Shown here piece by piece: positions 15,680 to 33,670 of a stretch of 64,000 bases of DNA. The notes beneath the pieces are model-generated. The model saw nothing but the letters and a program-made list of their open reading frames with translations. It was not told the DNA's origin and made no database searches. Source of the stretch: the human T2T-CHM13v2.0 reference genome, Homo sapiens. The stretch is from NCBI RefSeq assembly GCF_009914755.1, contig NC_060932.1; one strand, given 5' to 3'. The position numbers and the translations under genes were made by a program. Positions within the stretch are counted from its first letter, which is position 1; each line of letters opens with the position of its first letter.

Positions 15680-15845
15680 TGGCTTTCTTTACTTCTTGCC
15701 CTTTTTCTTGCTTCTTACTTCCCTCCTTTCCTCCTCTCTCCTTGTTTCCTTCCTTCCTTCATTTCCTTGTTCCTTCCTTCTTTCCTTGCTTGCTTTCTTC
15801 CATCCTTCCTTCCCTCCTTCCTTTCCTTTCTTCCTTCCTTCTCCT
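15680..15845 (+). repeat. Imperfect (TTCC)n polypyrimidine repeat
   Basis: Read directly. Confidence 0.85.
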
Positions 15846-16006
15846 TAACTTTATAATTTGGTAATGTCTTCCTTAAAAACCTGACTTTGGAACGATACTA
15901 CACTTTCTATTCAGCAACGAGTAGTAGTTTTGCCTCCCTATGTTATTGTTGTGTTTAAATCCTGGATTCTTTCCTGCTGTCATACTTTGTCATGAGAGTG
16001 AATCTT

Positions 16007-16334
16007 GCCGGGCGTGGTGGCTCATGCCTGTAATTTCAGCACTTTGGGAGGCTGAGGTGAGTGGATCACCTGAGGCCAGGAATTTGAGACCAGCCTGATG
16101 AAACCCCATCTCTACTAAAAATACAAAAACTAGCATGGTGAAACCCCGTCTGTACTAAAAATACAAAAATTCGCCAGGCATGGTGGTGCGTGCCTGTAAT
16201 CCCAGCTACTCGGGAGGCTGAGGAAGGAGAATCACTTGAACCTAGGAGGCGGGAGGTTGCAGTGAGCTGAGATCATGCTACTGCACTCCAGCCTGGGGGA
16301 GACAGTGAGACTGTCTCAAAAAAAAAAAAAAAAA
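16007..16334 (+). mobile_element. AluS with internal 40-bp tandem duplication
   Basis: TSD agagtgaatctt; tgaaacccc...aaaatacaaaaa occurs twice. Confidence 0.92.
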
Positions 16335-16489
16335 GAGTGAATCTTTGTGATTGTCCTGGAGGGAATGTGCAGAGAGAACTTGGAGAGCCAGTTCCATGGG
16401 CTGTTGATTAACCTGACAGAAACGACATCCTGTTCTTGATACCTTAATAATTTATTTGTATTAGCATGTCACTTTCTCCAACTCTATTT

Positions 16490-16853
16490 TCATAGTTGGT
16501 TCAGGCTGCCATAATAAAATTCCATAGACTGGGTGGCTTAAACGAGAGACATTTATTTCCCACAGTTTAGGGGCAAGGAAAGCCCTGGCAGGTTTCATGT
16601 CTGATGAGGGGCCATTTCCTGGTTCATAGATGGCACCATATAGCTGTGTCCTCACGTGGTGGAAGGGGCAAGGCAGCTCTCTGGGGTCTCTTTTACAAGG
16701 GCACTAATCCCATTCGTGAGGGCTCCACCGTCCTGATCTAATCACCTGCCAAGGCCCTGCCTCCTAATACTATTGCCTCGGGGTTCAGGATTGCAACATT
16801 TGAACTTTGGGGTAGGGGGCGGGGAATGGGACACAAACATTCAGACCATAGCA
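16490..16853 (-). mobile_element. MLT1A-like MaLR solo LTR
   Basis: ggctgccataataaaattccatagactgggtggcttaaac...cattcagaccatagca. Confidence 0.8.
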
Positions 16854-16915
16854 TCTGTTTTCTGATTTGAGAAACTGGCATAATAACATCTATGTATCTA
16901 CATGGATGAATTTAG

Positions 16916-17323
<408 letters not shown>

Positions 17324-17384
17324 TCAGTTATTTTAGAAAGGGCTCAAATGGTGATTGCCATTACCCACTGTCTTTAAAAGCTGA

Positions 17385-17669
<285 letters not shown>

Positions 17670-18359
17670 TAATGATCTTTAGATGTTTTATTATTGTGTT
17701 TTATTTTGTTTTTGTCTGTTTTTGACAAAGCAATTACAATAGTCACCATTAAGAAAAACTTATTTGGTACAACATTTAAGCTGTACCATAATTGTCTGCT
17801 TATGGTTCTATTCTAATAGTTTCTAGAAGGTACTCTCTTGATTAACTCCACATGATACTTTTGTTAGGCTTACAAATGCTATCAGTTGTATTTCAATTAA
17901 GCAATGCAAAACACAAATAGATTCAGCAAGATGATTCTTGTTTATTTTGTATTGTTAAAGTTTTCACTCAAACAATGAATATAATATACGGGGCTGTGGA
18001 GAAAATATTTGTAACATTAATTCTATATTGTTTATTCCAGCCTTTTAATTACAAATTAAAACATGAACATTACCATACACACAGAACTAAATATAATGCA
18101 AAAAATCTACTTCTTTATTTTCCCACATTCTGTATTATATATATGAACCAAAAATGCACAGAGAGGCCTAAGTTCCCCAGCCTGTGGCACATTGTCAGGG
18201 GGCCAAGCATGGTCGGGACTGCAGGGCCTTTCTTGGGCTAGGATTGCCCACGTGGTTATGACTGAGGATTCTTATGCTCTCACCCACGAGAGCTGAGCAA
18301 ATATTTTTGCAGTGCTCACTGTCTTCTGGAAGAGACAAGCACTTTCTTGAAATTCCTAA

Positions 18360-18743
<384 letters not shown>

Positions 18744-18778
18744 TAAATGAGAAAAAGTCAGGTTGCATGAAGGCATTA

Positions 18779-19152
<374 letters not shown>

Positions 19153-19605
19153 TTATTTTCACTATCTTTAGCATAAATTGTTCTAAGAGTGCTTAGACAC
19201 TTCTTTGCCTCCTTATTTTGAGTGTGTGTTCTTGTTCTGCACTGATTAATTCCACCACATACTAGAATGTTCCGGGCATGGTTGTTGGTGTCGAGATGAG
19301 GATGGATAGACACAGGGGCTCCTCCAAGGCAGTCCCCCTGACTGGAAGGAGGAAACCCACATGGAGACAAGGATTTCCGATGCTTGGTTTTGTAATAAGT
19401 GCCCTGGAGTCTCTCTCTCTTCAAGAAATAACCACCTTTGTTTATCAGTGGGAGGCCCTTCTGCTCTTTAACATACTGGTATCAGTGAGGGCATCATTCA
19501 GTATTTATTTCCAGATTCCTAACACCTGAAGCCTGCAGAGCCAGATTCTGACCATCCCTCCATTTTTCCATGGTCTGTGCTGGCATGGTTAAGAAGAGGG
19601 ATTTC

Positions 19606-19909
19606 GGCCAGGTGCAGTGGCTTACACCTGTAATCCCAGCACTTTGGGAGGCTGAGGTGGGTGAATCACGAGGTCAGGAGTTCGAGACCAGCCTGGCCAA
19701 CATGGTGAAACCCCGTCATTACTAAAAATACAAAAAATTAGCTGGGCGTAGTGGTGGGCATCTGTAATCCCACCTACTTGGGAGGCTGAGGCAGGAGAAT
19801 CACTTCAACCTGGGAAGCAGAGGTTGCAGTGAGCCGAGACTGCACCCCTGCACTCTAGCCATGGCGACAGAGTGAGACTCTGTCTCAAAAAAAAAAAAAA
19901 AAAAAAAAA
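19606..19909 (+). mobile_element. AluSg-like
   Basis: atcacgaggtcaggagttcgag; TSD-like gggatttc. Confidence 0.9.
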
Positions 19910-21152
19910 GAGGGATTTCTCCCAGAGCCTTCATATTTTCATTTATGTTTGACTATTAACAAAATATTTGCATGAGGGGAATTTAAAATTAAATTTTTAA
20001 TGTTTAAATCTTTCTCCTATTCAAAAAATATTTGAGTATGCTAGGCACTCTCAGCTGCTAGGATGCCATGGTATCTGCCCATGTCCTTGAGAGTGAATAT
20101 TGTAGTGGGGAGAGACTGATGATTATCAAACACACAGCCATCCTGTAGGGTGGTGAGAGTAGTGTGGAGCCTGCGTGGAGTGGCTTAGGGATTGGCGAGT
20201 ACTCACAGAAGGGGGTGGGGAGCTGCTGGTTTTATTCCATGGTCCTGGCAGCAGCAGGGACTCACAGAGGGAGGGAGTCTTGGGCTCTCTGAGGTCTGCA
20301 TGTCCCCATGGGGAGAGCAGCCAGAGCATGGGCTTGGCCAACAGGAGCAGGAGGCCAGCGTGGTTTGGGCCTCTGTGAGTATTTGATGGATGGATGGGTG
20401 AATGAATGAATGAATGAATGACGCACCTAGGCCATTTGATCTCTAGACAGTCGATGGATGAGAAAGAAGGCTATGTAGCTGGGGGTTAGAGTGGCTCAGG
20501 GAGAGACTTACTGGCCATGTAAGAGCAGCCCCTCTTACTCTGCTGAGATGCAAACCAGGGAAGGCTTTTGGACAGAGCAGCCACACAGTCTGCGTGCTCC
20601 CATCACTACTGTTTCATGTGGGGATGAGCCACAGAGAAACTGGGGCAGGGACCAGTTGGCAGCTGAAAGCCTTTGGGTGGTGTCTGCCTGCACAGTGGAC
20701 CGGCTGTCCCAGGAAATCCCTTTAGTGCCAGCATTTCATCTTCCAGCTGCTCTAGACACTGAGATTAATGAATTAACATTGCTGCAAAATAGGAAAAATA
20801 TTTCTAATCAGCCCCAGTGTCTGATGTTATATATCTCTATCTCCATCTATGCCTACATCTCTTTCTATAATCTGTCTGTAGAGAAAGATTATATAGTCAG
20901 ATTATGTATATAATCTGACACCTGATAAACATACAATCTCATAAAAGAATGTTTTGTGATATGCGTGGTGTGCTGCATGTGATGTGCTACCATGGCCCCT
21001 GAGGCTTGGAGAAGGTGATTGGGCCCCTCGCTGGTGGCAAAGCTGCTCTGAGCCCCAGATCCATGTGCCTCCCAAGACCCCTCAGCCAATGTGCACAATG
21101 CCCAGGATTTGGAAATATTTGGGGTGAAAAATCATTTTTTGAAAAAAGAACT

Positions 21153-21803
<651 letters not shown>

Positions 21804-22168
21804 AAAAAATAAAAAGAGAACCAGTAGAAAAATGGTGAGAATCATAAAAATATGTTTCTCTCTATATGGAAGAACACACCAGAATCCATCGACTAGTCTG
21901 TTCCCTGATTGGCTTGTCCCTGGAAGGACTGGGGATGTGAGATATCTTCAGGAGATCGGGATCAGTAAATTTTTTAGTCACGAGAGTTGTATGTTACGAG
22001 AGCCTCTAGCATTAGGGTTATAAACATAATCAAGCAATCCTATTTACTTCACATGAGAAGACTTGATTCATAGCACAGAAATCGGTAAACATTGCCAAAA
22101 TATGCCATTTTCCACACGGTTATAAAACTGCATATGGGAGAGAATCCACGATGAATGGAATTATCTGA

Positions 22169-22514
<346 letters not shown>

Positions 22515-22552
22515 TGTGTTGTTCGTTTTTAAAGTACTTTAGAAGCTATACA

Positions 22553-22840
22553 GGCCAGGTGTGGTGGCTCATGCCTGTAATCCCAACTTGGGTGGATCAC
22601 TTGAGGCCAGGAGTTCGAGACCAGCCTGGACAACATGGCCAAACCCTGTCTCTACAAAAAATACAAAAAAAATTAGCCCGGCGTGGTGGCCAACGCCTGT
22701 AATCCTAGCTACTTGAGAGGCTGAGGCAGAGAATCGCTTGAATGCTTGAACCCAGGAGACAGAAGTTGCAGTGAGCCGAGATGCGCCACTGCACTCCAGC
22801 CTGAGCTACAAAGCGAGACTCTGTCTCAAAAAAAAAAAAA
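22553..22840 (+). mobile_element. AluS (small left-arm deletion)
   Basis: Head-to-head with the preceding AluY. Confidence 0.88.
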
Positions 22841-23045
22841 GAAGAAGTCATATCATATACTTAGCTTTGTAAAATAAAAAGGAAATAAAAGAAAGGAGGA
22901 AAAAGAAAAAAGAAAGTCACATATAAGGCAAACTCATTTTTAGAGGAGATAGAAATACTAAGATAATATACTGAAATGTTAGCATTGGGTCAAGAGATAA
23001 TAGGTTATATTAATTTTCTTCTTGATGAATTTCTGAAATTTCTAA

Positions 23046-24236
<1,191 letters not shown>

Positions 24237-24955
24237 CAGCCACATGGTGTTAAATTCAAGAGATACAAAGAGGTGTAAGCTGAAAGGTCCCCCACTCTAT
24301 TCCCAGCCACACAATTCTCTCCCCATAGGCAACCAGTGTTCTCAGTCTCTACTTTAGAGACATCCTATAAGGGGAGTCATACAGTTTTGCCCTAATGTCT
24401 GGTTTATTTCACTCAGCATAACCCTCAAGGTCCATGCATGGTGTGGCCCATGTCTTCAGTCTTTCTTCTCACTCCTGGTCTTCCATACCACACTTTCCCC
24501 ACCTCCACTTGGGCCTAGCATTCCCTGCATGAAGCTTCTCCATTGTTTCTTCCAGCATTTGCCTGGGCACTGGTACTATGGGCTCCAGGTACTGTCCTGC
24601 CCTCGGCGCTGGCCTCCCTCCCTCATGGTATATGCTGACCACACAGTGTGTGCCTTCCTGGGCTGAGTTGGGATGGGCCGCCTTGCCCGTTGTCAGTGCC
24701 CCTCTCTGCAGGCACGTTGGTTGCACTTTCTTCCTCTTGGCTCAGACCACTTCTTCCTCTGGCTGCCAGATGTCTCTTAGCATCATCAGAGATGGAGTTT
24801 AAGTTTCTATTTCTTGTTCTCTTTTTTGTTTTGGGATGAATTACAGAAAAAAGAAAATAGTGAGGAGGAGGCAAAAGATCTTTACTTCATTATCTTAAAA
24901 CCAAAACTATGATTATATTTCTCTATCAATTTTATACAGAAAAAAAGAGGGGTCT

Positions 24956-25244
24956 GACTGGGCATGGTAGCTCATGCCTGTAATCCCAGCACTTTGGGAG
25001 GCCGAGGCAGGTGGATTGCTTGAGGCCAGGAATTTGAGACCAGCCTGGGCAACATAGCAAAACCCTGCCTCTACAAAATAATTTAAAAATTACCAGAGTA
25101 TGGTGGTACGCACCTGTAGTCTCAGCAACTCAGGAGGCTAAGGTGGGAGGATCACCGAGCCCAGGGAGTTTGAGGCTGCAGTGAGCCATGATTGCGCCAT
25201 GTACTCCAGCCTGGGCAACAGAGTGAGACCCTGTCTCAAAAAAA
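24956..25244 (+). mobile_element. AluJ
   Basis: Dimeric Alu with gaggctgcagtgagccatgatt. Confidence 0.9.
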
Positions 25245-26975
25245 AGGTGGGGGTGTCTTGTTGGGGTCCTGGTTGGGGTCTTGTTTTGCTTTGTTTATAT
25301 AAAGCAAAAGGTTTGAAAGTGAAAAAATTTTCTGAAGCATCATGACTTTTCTGGCTGTTTCTGACCAGATATATCTAACATCTTAATGCCAGCTGAATTA
25401 GAATCAAGAAATTTGTCCTGCTGCAAACAAACACTCACCTTGGTCACAAGCAAAGCTCAGAAAATAATAATAGTAATAATAATTTGCCCTTTTGGAAGGA
25501 GTATGATTGGGTGGGAGACTGTACTCCCAGGGTATCTAGCTCTTCCTGATACACATACACACAAAGGGCCCTGTGTGACTGAAGACTGTCATAGTTTGTG
25601 GTACAGCTGTGCTCCTCCCTGTCACTAGCTATCTGTTCCTTTTCTCTACTGTACCACATTTTTCTCCTTCTTCTGCTTCTTTACCAACTTGTAGTCTCTG
25701 CTGATTTCTACCCACTCCAGATGCCACCTTCTGCTCCCCACCACCTCCTTCTGGTGAGGGCATTGTCCTGACTGGGCTGTGTGCCATTTGAGGATGATGC
25801 TCTGTCTTAACTATCTCTGCATGTCTCAGAGCTCAGTGCTAGTTCATGACCCATAGTGAGCACTCAGTGTTTGTTGAAAGGAGGAAGGATGGAAAGTGAA
25901 ACTGTGTGCCTTCTAAGCAGATCACCAGCCAATGGGTGTTTACTTTCTTTAACTTAGCGACAGGCCAACACCAACTATCACATGTAATCTTAGGGTCTGG
26001 TTGAGGTCCCTCTCCTCTTCTTATTTCTTTCTTTCACAAGACTTGTCATTTAATAGCGGATTTTATTTATTGCTTTCCTTGTACATAAAAAGATAGGCTT
26101 CAGATTCCCTTCTTCCAATTCTTCTTATCAAGTCGAATTCCCCAAACAGGGTGGAGCATGTCCAGCCTTTACCAGCATCATCGAGAGTCCTTCAGAGCTA
26201 GGAGAACATACTGGAACCAGGAAAAAAAAATCTGCTGTGGGGCTAGGGTGACCTAGAAAGCTTTATCTTCCACTGTGGCTGCATTCTGACCTTTTATGCA
26301 AATGAGGGATCTCCAGGAAGGAAGTGAAAGAGATATTCCAAACTGAGTGTGCAGGTCCAATTGCTATTTATATCATACTGGATGTTAGTCCTCCCACCAC
26401 GATCCCAGAATTTCACCCAAGAAAGCAGAAGTATACACAAATCTTTCTTCTGAAATTTATCCAAGTTATAAGAGCCAGAGCAATGCTGAGGCCATATCAT
26501 TTTGTGGAGACTAAAACTCCCAAATAAAGAGGATGATACAAATCTGTCTTTCGCTTTAAGCAATGAAAATCAAATGAAGTATTTTAGTTAGAAAATTCTA
26601 GTCACACAAATATTTGAAGATAGTGTTTCAGAATTAGACTCAGGAAAATGGATTTGCTGTATAAATTCTCAAGAGATCTGAATCATTATAAAGTTTGCTT
26701 AGATCTTTCAATTTCAAAAACAAGGGCTCTTCCACGACAGAAATGATCATGTCTTCTTTCAGCGGTTTAAATTCAGGAAAGGTCACTGTGTCCTTAGATG
26801 AAAAAAGGTAAGTTAAAGGCAGAGGATCTCAAAGTTTATTGGCCATAAGCCATTGTGGGAAATACATAGAAACCTACTCTGTACATAAAGCAAACGTTTC
26901 ATAAAACCATATTGACCTTTCCTATGTGCAGTGCTTTCTGACCTTTTCTGTTTTATTCTGTTATAATTCATTTTA

Positions 26976-27403
<428 letters not shown>

Positions 27404-28548
27404 TTAGAAAATACATTCAAAAGAAGGTTCTGTTTCAAATCTGGTAAAAAGCCATTTCCCCTGAAGCTGCCACTTATTTAGAATCCTTCCAGTGACCAGT
27501 GATGGTATAATCTACAGCTTTGAAAAAGAGATAGCTATGGAAAGGAAATTCGTTGTGAGGAATGGAGCCCCTCTCATATGCCAGATATTGTATATACTTT
27601 GCATGACATACATTCTTCTCTAGAGAAGTTCACATCCTACAGAACAGGGTATCCATGAAATATGCAAAACATACAGGTGTGGATAGATACTGCTAGATGA
27701 GCACATAATTGAAGGATTAATCTCCTTTATCATGCAGGAAAATGTTATTATTATAATGATCTTTTTTACCCTTTAAAGCTATTCTCAGGATCAAAGATTG
27801 ACAGTTCAGCTTCTGAATTACCCTGAGACATTTGACCACATTAAAAACATTCTCTATTACCAGGCCTTTTGCAGAGCTCTAGAGGAGTAATGAGCACCTT
27901 ACTTCTCTCCTGGAGGTCAGGAATATGCAAATCCAGAGTCAGAGTGAGCTGTCACTCTGGCCAGGTACTGCAGATTGGAACAGTTAACTGCGTCTGTGAA
28001 GTAGCTCCACTTGAGACTATGATTGGGGTTCAGTTTTCCTCCTCAATTAATATCTTGCTCTTAAAAGACAGTGACATCCACAAGATATGTAGCACAAACT
28101 ACAGACAAGTGTCCTTCAGATTAACTGAACCATCATTATTTTCCAAATTAATCCCTAAGTTTTTAACTATTTGGCAAGCATGTAACCAATTTGTTGGGCT
28201 GACTTAAGGGTGCTGACTTTAAGTAAATGAAAATACCAATTATTAAATGAAAAGCCAATTTTTGAAAAATGTCTGTATAAGATAATATGTGGTAAAATTA
28301 TTTTTTTCATAAATATACTACAAGTTGAAGCTGAAAGCATGCTACCCTGCAAACATAATTAAAGTTGAGAGTTAGGATTAGATTTGGGTGATTTATTTGA
28401 AATGTGAGGCAAGTCCAATATCCTTTTGTTATTAAAGAGAACTTGGCTGTGGCTCCTACTTAACAAATTTTGGCAAACTGAATGCTGTCTTGATCCCCTC
28501 CATGCTAAATTTATTTATTGAGTTGCTTGCAGAAATTTCCTTAGCTTC

Positions 28549-28940
28549 TATATTAGTTGGCAAGGGCTGCCATAACAATACAACACACTGGGTAATTTAA
28601 ACAACAGACGTTTATTTTTCCGGGGTTCTGGAGTTTCAAAGTCCAAGGTCAAGGTGCTAGCCAGGTTGGTTTCTCCTGAGGCCTCTCTCCTGGACTTGTA
28701 GATGGCTGCCTCCTCCCTGTGTCTTCACATGGTCTTTCCCCTATACTAGTCTGTGTTCTAATCTCCTCTTATAAGGATACTAGTCATATTGGATTAAGAC
28801 CTACCCAAATGGCCTCATTTTAACTTAGTTACCTCTATAAAGGCCTTATCTCTAAATATGGTGCTGTCAATTCTGAGGTGTACGCGGGGTTAGGACTTCA
28901 ACCTAGGAATTTTGGGAGGATGCTGTTCAACCCCTAACAG
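28549..28940 (-). mobile_element. MLT1A/B-like MaLR solo LTR
   Basis: agggctgccataacaa...tttctcctgaggcctctctcc...ggttaggacttcaac...taaca; ends ~130 bp before the last exon. Confidence 0.8.
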
Positions 28941-28980
28941 CCTCAGTAAAGCTTGTTTCAATCATGGTTACAGGATGTGA

Positions 28981-29271
<291 letters not shown>

Positions 29272-29733
29272 AGCACAGGGAGACCCGTCCATTTGGCAGG
29301 GGTGGCTGCCTCATTTAGAGAGGAAAAGTAACCATCACTGGTTGCACTTATGATTTCATGTGCGGGGATCATCTGCCGTGCCTGGATCCTGAAATAGAGG
29401 CTAAATTACTCAGGAAGAACACCCTCTAAATGGGAAAGTATTCTGTACTCTTAGATGGATTCTCCACTCAGTTGCAACTTGGACTTGTCCTCAGCAGCTG
29501 GTAATCTTGCTCTGCTTGACAACATCTGAGTGCAGCCGTTTGAGAAGAAAACATCTATTCTCTCCAAAAATGCACCCAACTAGCTCTATGTTTACAAATG
29601 GACATAGGACTCAAAGTTTCAGAGACCATTGCAATGAATCCCCAATAATTGCAGAACTAAACTCATTTATAAAGCTAAAATAACCGGATATATACATAGC
29701 ATGACATTTCTTTGTGCTTTGGCTTACTTGTTT

Positions 29734-29748
29734 AAAAAAAAAAAAAAA
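29734..29748 (+). repeat. A15 mononucleotide tract in 3' UTR
   Basis: Read directly. Confidence 0.95.
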
Positions 29749-30785
29749 CTAATCCAACCTGTTAGATTTTGCAGGTGAAGTCAGCAGCTTAAAAATGTCT
29801 TTCCCAGATTTCAATGATTTTTTTCCCCCTACCTCCCAAAATCTGAGACTGTTAAAACATTTTTCTTCTATGAACACTGCTCAGACCTGCTTCGACATGC
29901 CATAGGAGTGGCGTGCACATCTCTCTCTCTTCCAGCAGGAGGAGCCCGTGAGCACGCACAGCTGCCCTGTCTGCTCACCCGAAGGCACCGGGCTCACCTG
30001 GACCTCCCAGGAAAGGGAGAAGAGCCTCAGAAACTGCTCTGTGTTTAGAAGGAATATTTTTAAGAGTCCAGCTTTTTCATTTCCACAATTTCCTATATCC
30101 AGATTTGTTTTGACAATGTAGTTTGGAAGAACTAAGATTCTAATCTCTGAAGAACCTTATAGGGCCTTCTAAAACATAAGAGTTTCCTTTGTTGCTTCAA
30201 ATATTTGAACATTATGTTAAAGATCAAGTATTAATTTTAGTTGTACTCTAGAAAGCTAAAGTGCCACATTCGGGGCTATTTTTATGATTCAGCAATCTTT
30301 TCTAAATTGTGTAGCATGTGTATGAGACTATTTATACCCAAGGATATGAAGGAACATAAGTGACTACAAGGCTCTAATAAGCCACGGTGGCAGGAGGTTC
30401 AAGCGGTTCTGTTCACTAAATTTTTCTCCTGTAAGCTTTGAATGGAAACTTCTGTATCACATGATGTGTTTCACTTATGCTGTTGTGTATATACCTAATA
30501 TTTCTATTTTTGATTTTATTTTAATACACCTCGTCCAATAACATCTCAAGCTTTTTATTTGCATTTACATTTTCAGCTGTGGTCAGTGTAAAAATTGGTC
30601 ATCAGCTGGGGGCGGGGTGGTTAGAAGTGATTCAACAGAGCTACATGCTTTAAACTTGCCTAAGTTCTACCTCCTTCCTTTGAACATTTCAGATTGGAGA
30701 ACCAAGGAGTTGATTGCCTGAACACCTGAACATCCGTTTATGGGGGCCAGATAGAATTTGTTTTCAAATAGGCTTAACAGGCATC

Positions 30786-30791
30786 ATTAAA
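30786..30791 (+). terminator. Candidate proximal poly(A) signal ATTAAA
   Basis: ATTAAA with a GU/U-rich tract tgtgtgttttgttt at 30801-30814. Confidence 0.4.
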
Positions 30792-31603
30792 ATTTCATTC
30801 TGTGTGTTTTGTTTAGGCTTGAGGTGCTTAGAAGATGGGATAAAATATTCTACTTTTTTCTAAATTTTAACTTTGTTTCCTATGTGATTTTTTTAAATGT
30901 CCTTTCTAAAATATTCTAAAATTATTGATTCACAAGTGCCATGTTCAGAACGATAGAATATTACCGTTACATAATGTCTGCACAGCTGGTCCCTTGATTC
31001 AGTGGTAAGGTTTTTGTGTACACCCCCCTGCTTGCATTTTATTTCAGAACCACAAGTATTACCCAATATGTTACATGGAGAGGAACTATAAAGAATCCCT
31101 AAGGCAAAAAGAAGTCTCTAGAAAATGACTAGAGGTTTTTTTTTTAGCATAACAAATTTATTTAAAGAAAATTATTAAATTTATCTTCGCCTTGTTTTGC
31201 TTCTCCCAGTTCCTCCTCTTCTTGCCATTTTCCACTTGTCTTTCCCTCCCAATCAAGCCTGTGATCCTTACCTCCATGTGGGCCCTTCACCAGCTTGGGC
31301 CTCATCTCTGGTGTCCAGCATGTGTGGAAGTCACACGTTCCCTTGATGAACAGCACACACAGTCTCCTTACTTAGCTATAGGTTTCCAGCCTCCCTGTGA
31401 CAGACAGGCATAATGAGGGGCTGAATAGGTGTTTGTAGCATTTTCGGGTATCCAGTGGTGTGCAAAATGGCTCATGTCATCACACCTCAGGTTATTGTAG
31501 AGAACTGGAAAGACAGAATCCATACTCCCTACCGCCAAGATTCTGACTTAGCTGTTGTGCAGCGGGAGATGTATGTCAGTCTATTTTAAAAGCTTCTCCA
31601 GTC

Positions 31604-31906
31604 AGCTAGACACAGTGGCTCATGCCTGTAATCTCAGCACTTTGGGAGGCTAAGGCAGGAGGATCGCTTGAGCTCAGGAGTTAGACACCAGCCTGAGCAA
31701 TATAGCAAGTCTCTACAAAAAATTTTAAAAATTAGCTAAGTGTGGTGGCACATACCTATGGTCCCAGCTACTCAGGAGGCTGAGGTGGGAGGATTGCTTG
31801 AGCCCAGGAAGTCAAGGCTGCAGTGAGCTATGATCGTGCCACTGCACTCCAGCCTGGGCAAGAGTGAGACCCTGTCTCAAAAAAAAAAACCAAAAAAACA
31901 AAAAAA
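31604..31906 (+). mobile_element. AluJ in LYN 3' UTR (sense)
   Basis: Dimeric Alu, caaggctgcagtgagctatgatc, A-rich tail. Confidence 0.92.
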
Positions 31907-32428
31907 CCCTTCCCTGGTGAATATAATGTATGCTCAGTCTTGAGAGTCACCATTTGGTTTGACCCATATTACAAAGCCCAGCCTTCTTTTTCCTCAGATG
32001 GTTTCATTTCTCAAAGGGGAGTGGAAGAGAAGGAAGGAGGAAAAAAACGTGCCTTCCTTCCTGGTGAACATGAAGCTCACTGAACCTAAAGGAGACTCAC
32101 AGGCTAGAAACCAGTGTCCTTAGTAGTAGGGGCCACCTGGGGCTTCCGTGGCTTCTCCAGGCATACCTCCTGAGGTTCCACAGAATCCCCTTGCAGAAAG
32201 TACTTCTGATGAGCCACTGGGAACGTGTACTGTCCAAGCCCCCTTCTAGGGGAAATTCACTGCCACAGAAGCCAGCAGCCCTGGCTGTCCCAAGGGTGCA
32301 TAAAAGGATAATAACTAAAAGGAGGGAATTAATTTTGTTGCCTACACCAGGGATAGATCGAGGGCACTGAAAGCATCATAAGTATAAACTCATTTCCACG
32401 TCAGCTTGTGGAGTCTGCTTTCTCGCTC

Positions 32429-32726
<298 letters not shown>

Positions 32727-33305
32727 GGGGTCTGCTTTCTCTTTATTCCCCGTCCTCTCACAAACTACATCCAGGGGCGGTAGCTGCTAAAAGGACTCAA
32801 TTCTGCAACCTCAGCTTCTGACACCTTCAAATAAATTAAATGCTGGTCCTAGGGCTCGCTCCCCAGCTCTTCTGATGTCACTGCCAGGTTCCACAGCCAG
32901 TTGTCGGACGTCTCCTGCTTCCTCAGCCAAGAACACCTCTCAGATGAGATCAAACCGCCCAGCTTTCCTCTTAGCATCTTCCTTTATTTTCCACTTCTGG
33001 CTGGTGGAAGAGAGATCGTAGTTCTCTATTCCCTACATTTTAACTCCACGAATATTTTAGATTAAGTGAAGTCTTGCTGTTCTTCCTGATGGAAATGGTA
33101 ATTATAAACATACAAAGATACCCATACACACATTCTTTACTCAGGGCCCTCTTGTGCTTTGGCAAATGATAAAAATTATCTCTAACTCACACAACGACCC
33201 TGGAAGATCTGGACAATGCTATCACTATTTCACAGCTGAGAGATCGGGAGCATTTAAAGCCACAGAAGGAATAGATTGGCTTCGCTTCATATTGTTTCCT
33301 TGTGA

Positions 33306-33311
33306 AATAAA
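33306..33311 (+). terminator. Candidate distal poly(A) signal AATAAA
   Basis: Canonical hexamer followed by CA dinucleotides and tttgtgt. Further AATAAA at 32830-32835 and 33521-33526. Confidence 0.6.
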
Positions 33312-33533
33312 ACCAGTGAAACACCTTTGTGTAGAATCTCCCTGACTCAGCTGAGTGTTCTGAGTAAGCAAGGGTATTACTTACAAGATGCACCATTTGA
33401 GCCCACACAGATGGGAGGGGAAATTTTTCCTTAAGTAATTTTATTTGGGTAGAAAAGTCATGCAAGAATTTAACTTACCATTCACACTTTTAAAGACAAT
33501 TTGTAGAGACTACACTTCAGAATAAAATGTTTT

Positions 33534-33670
33534 GGCCAGCTACAGTGGCTCACACCTGTAATCACAATACTTTGGAGGGGCTGAATCAGGACGATCACTT
33601 GAGGCCAGGAGTTTGAGACCAGCCAGGACAACATTATGAGACCCTGTCTCTACAAAAAAAAAAAAATAAG
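33534..33670 (+). mobile_element. FLAM-type Alu monomer
   Basis: Left monomer with A tail only. Confidence 0.8.

Noticed and set aside
29734-29748. A15 tract as an mRNA 3' end
   Set aside because: Genomic A-run with no canonical upstream hexamer; cDNAs ending here would most likely reflect oligo-dT internal priming.
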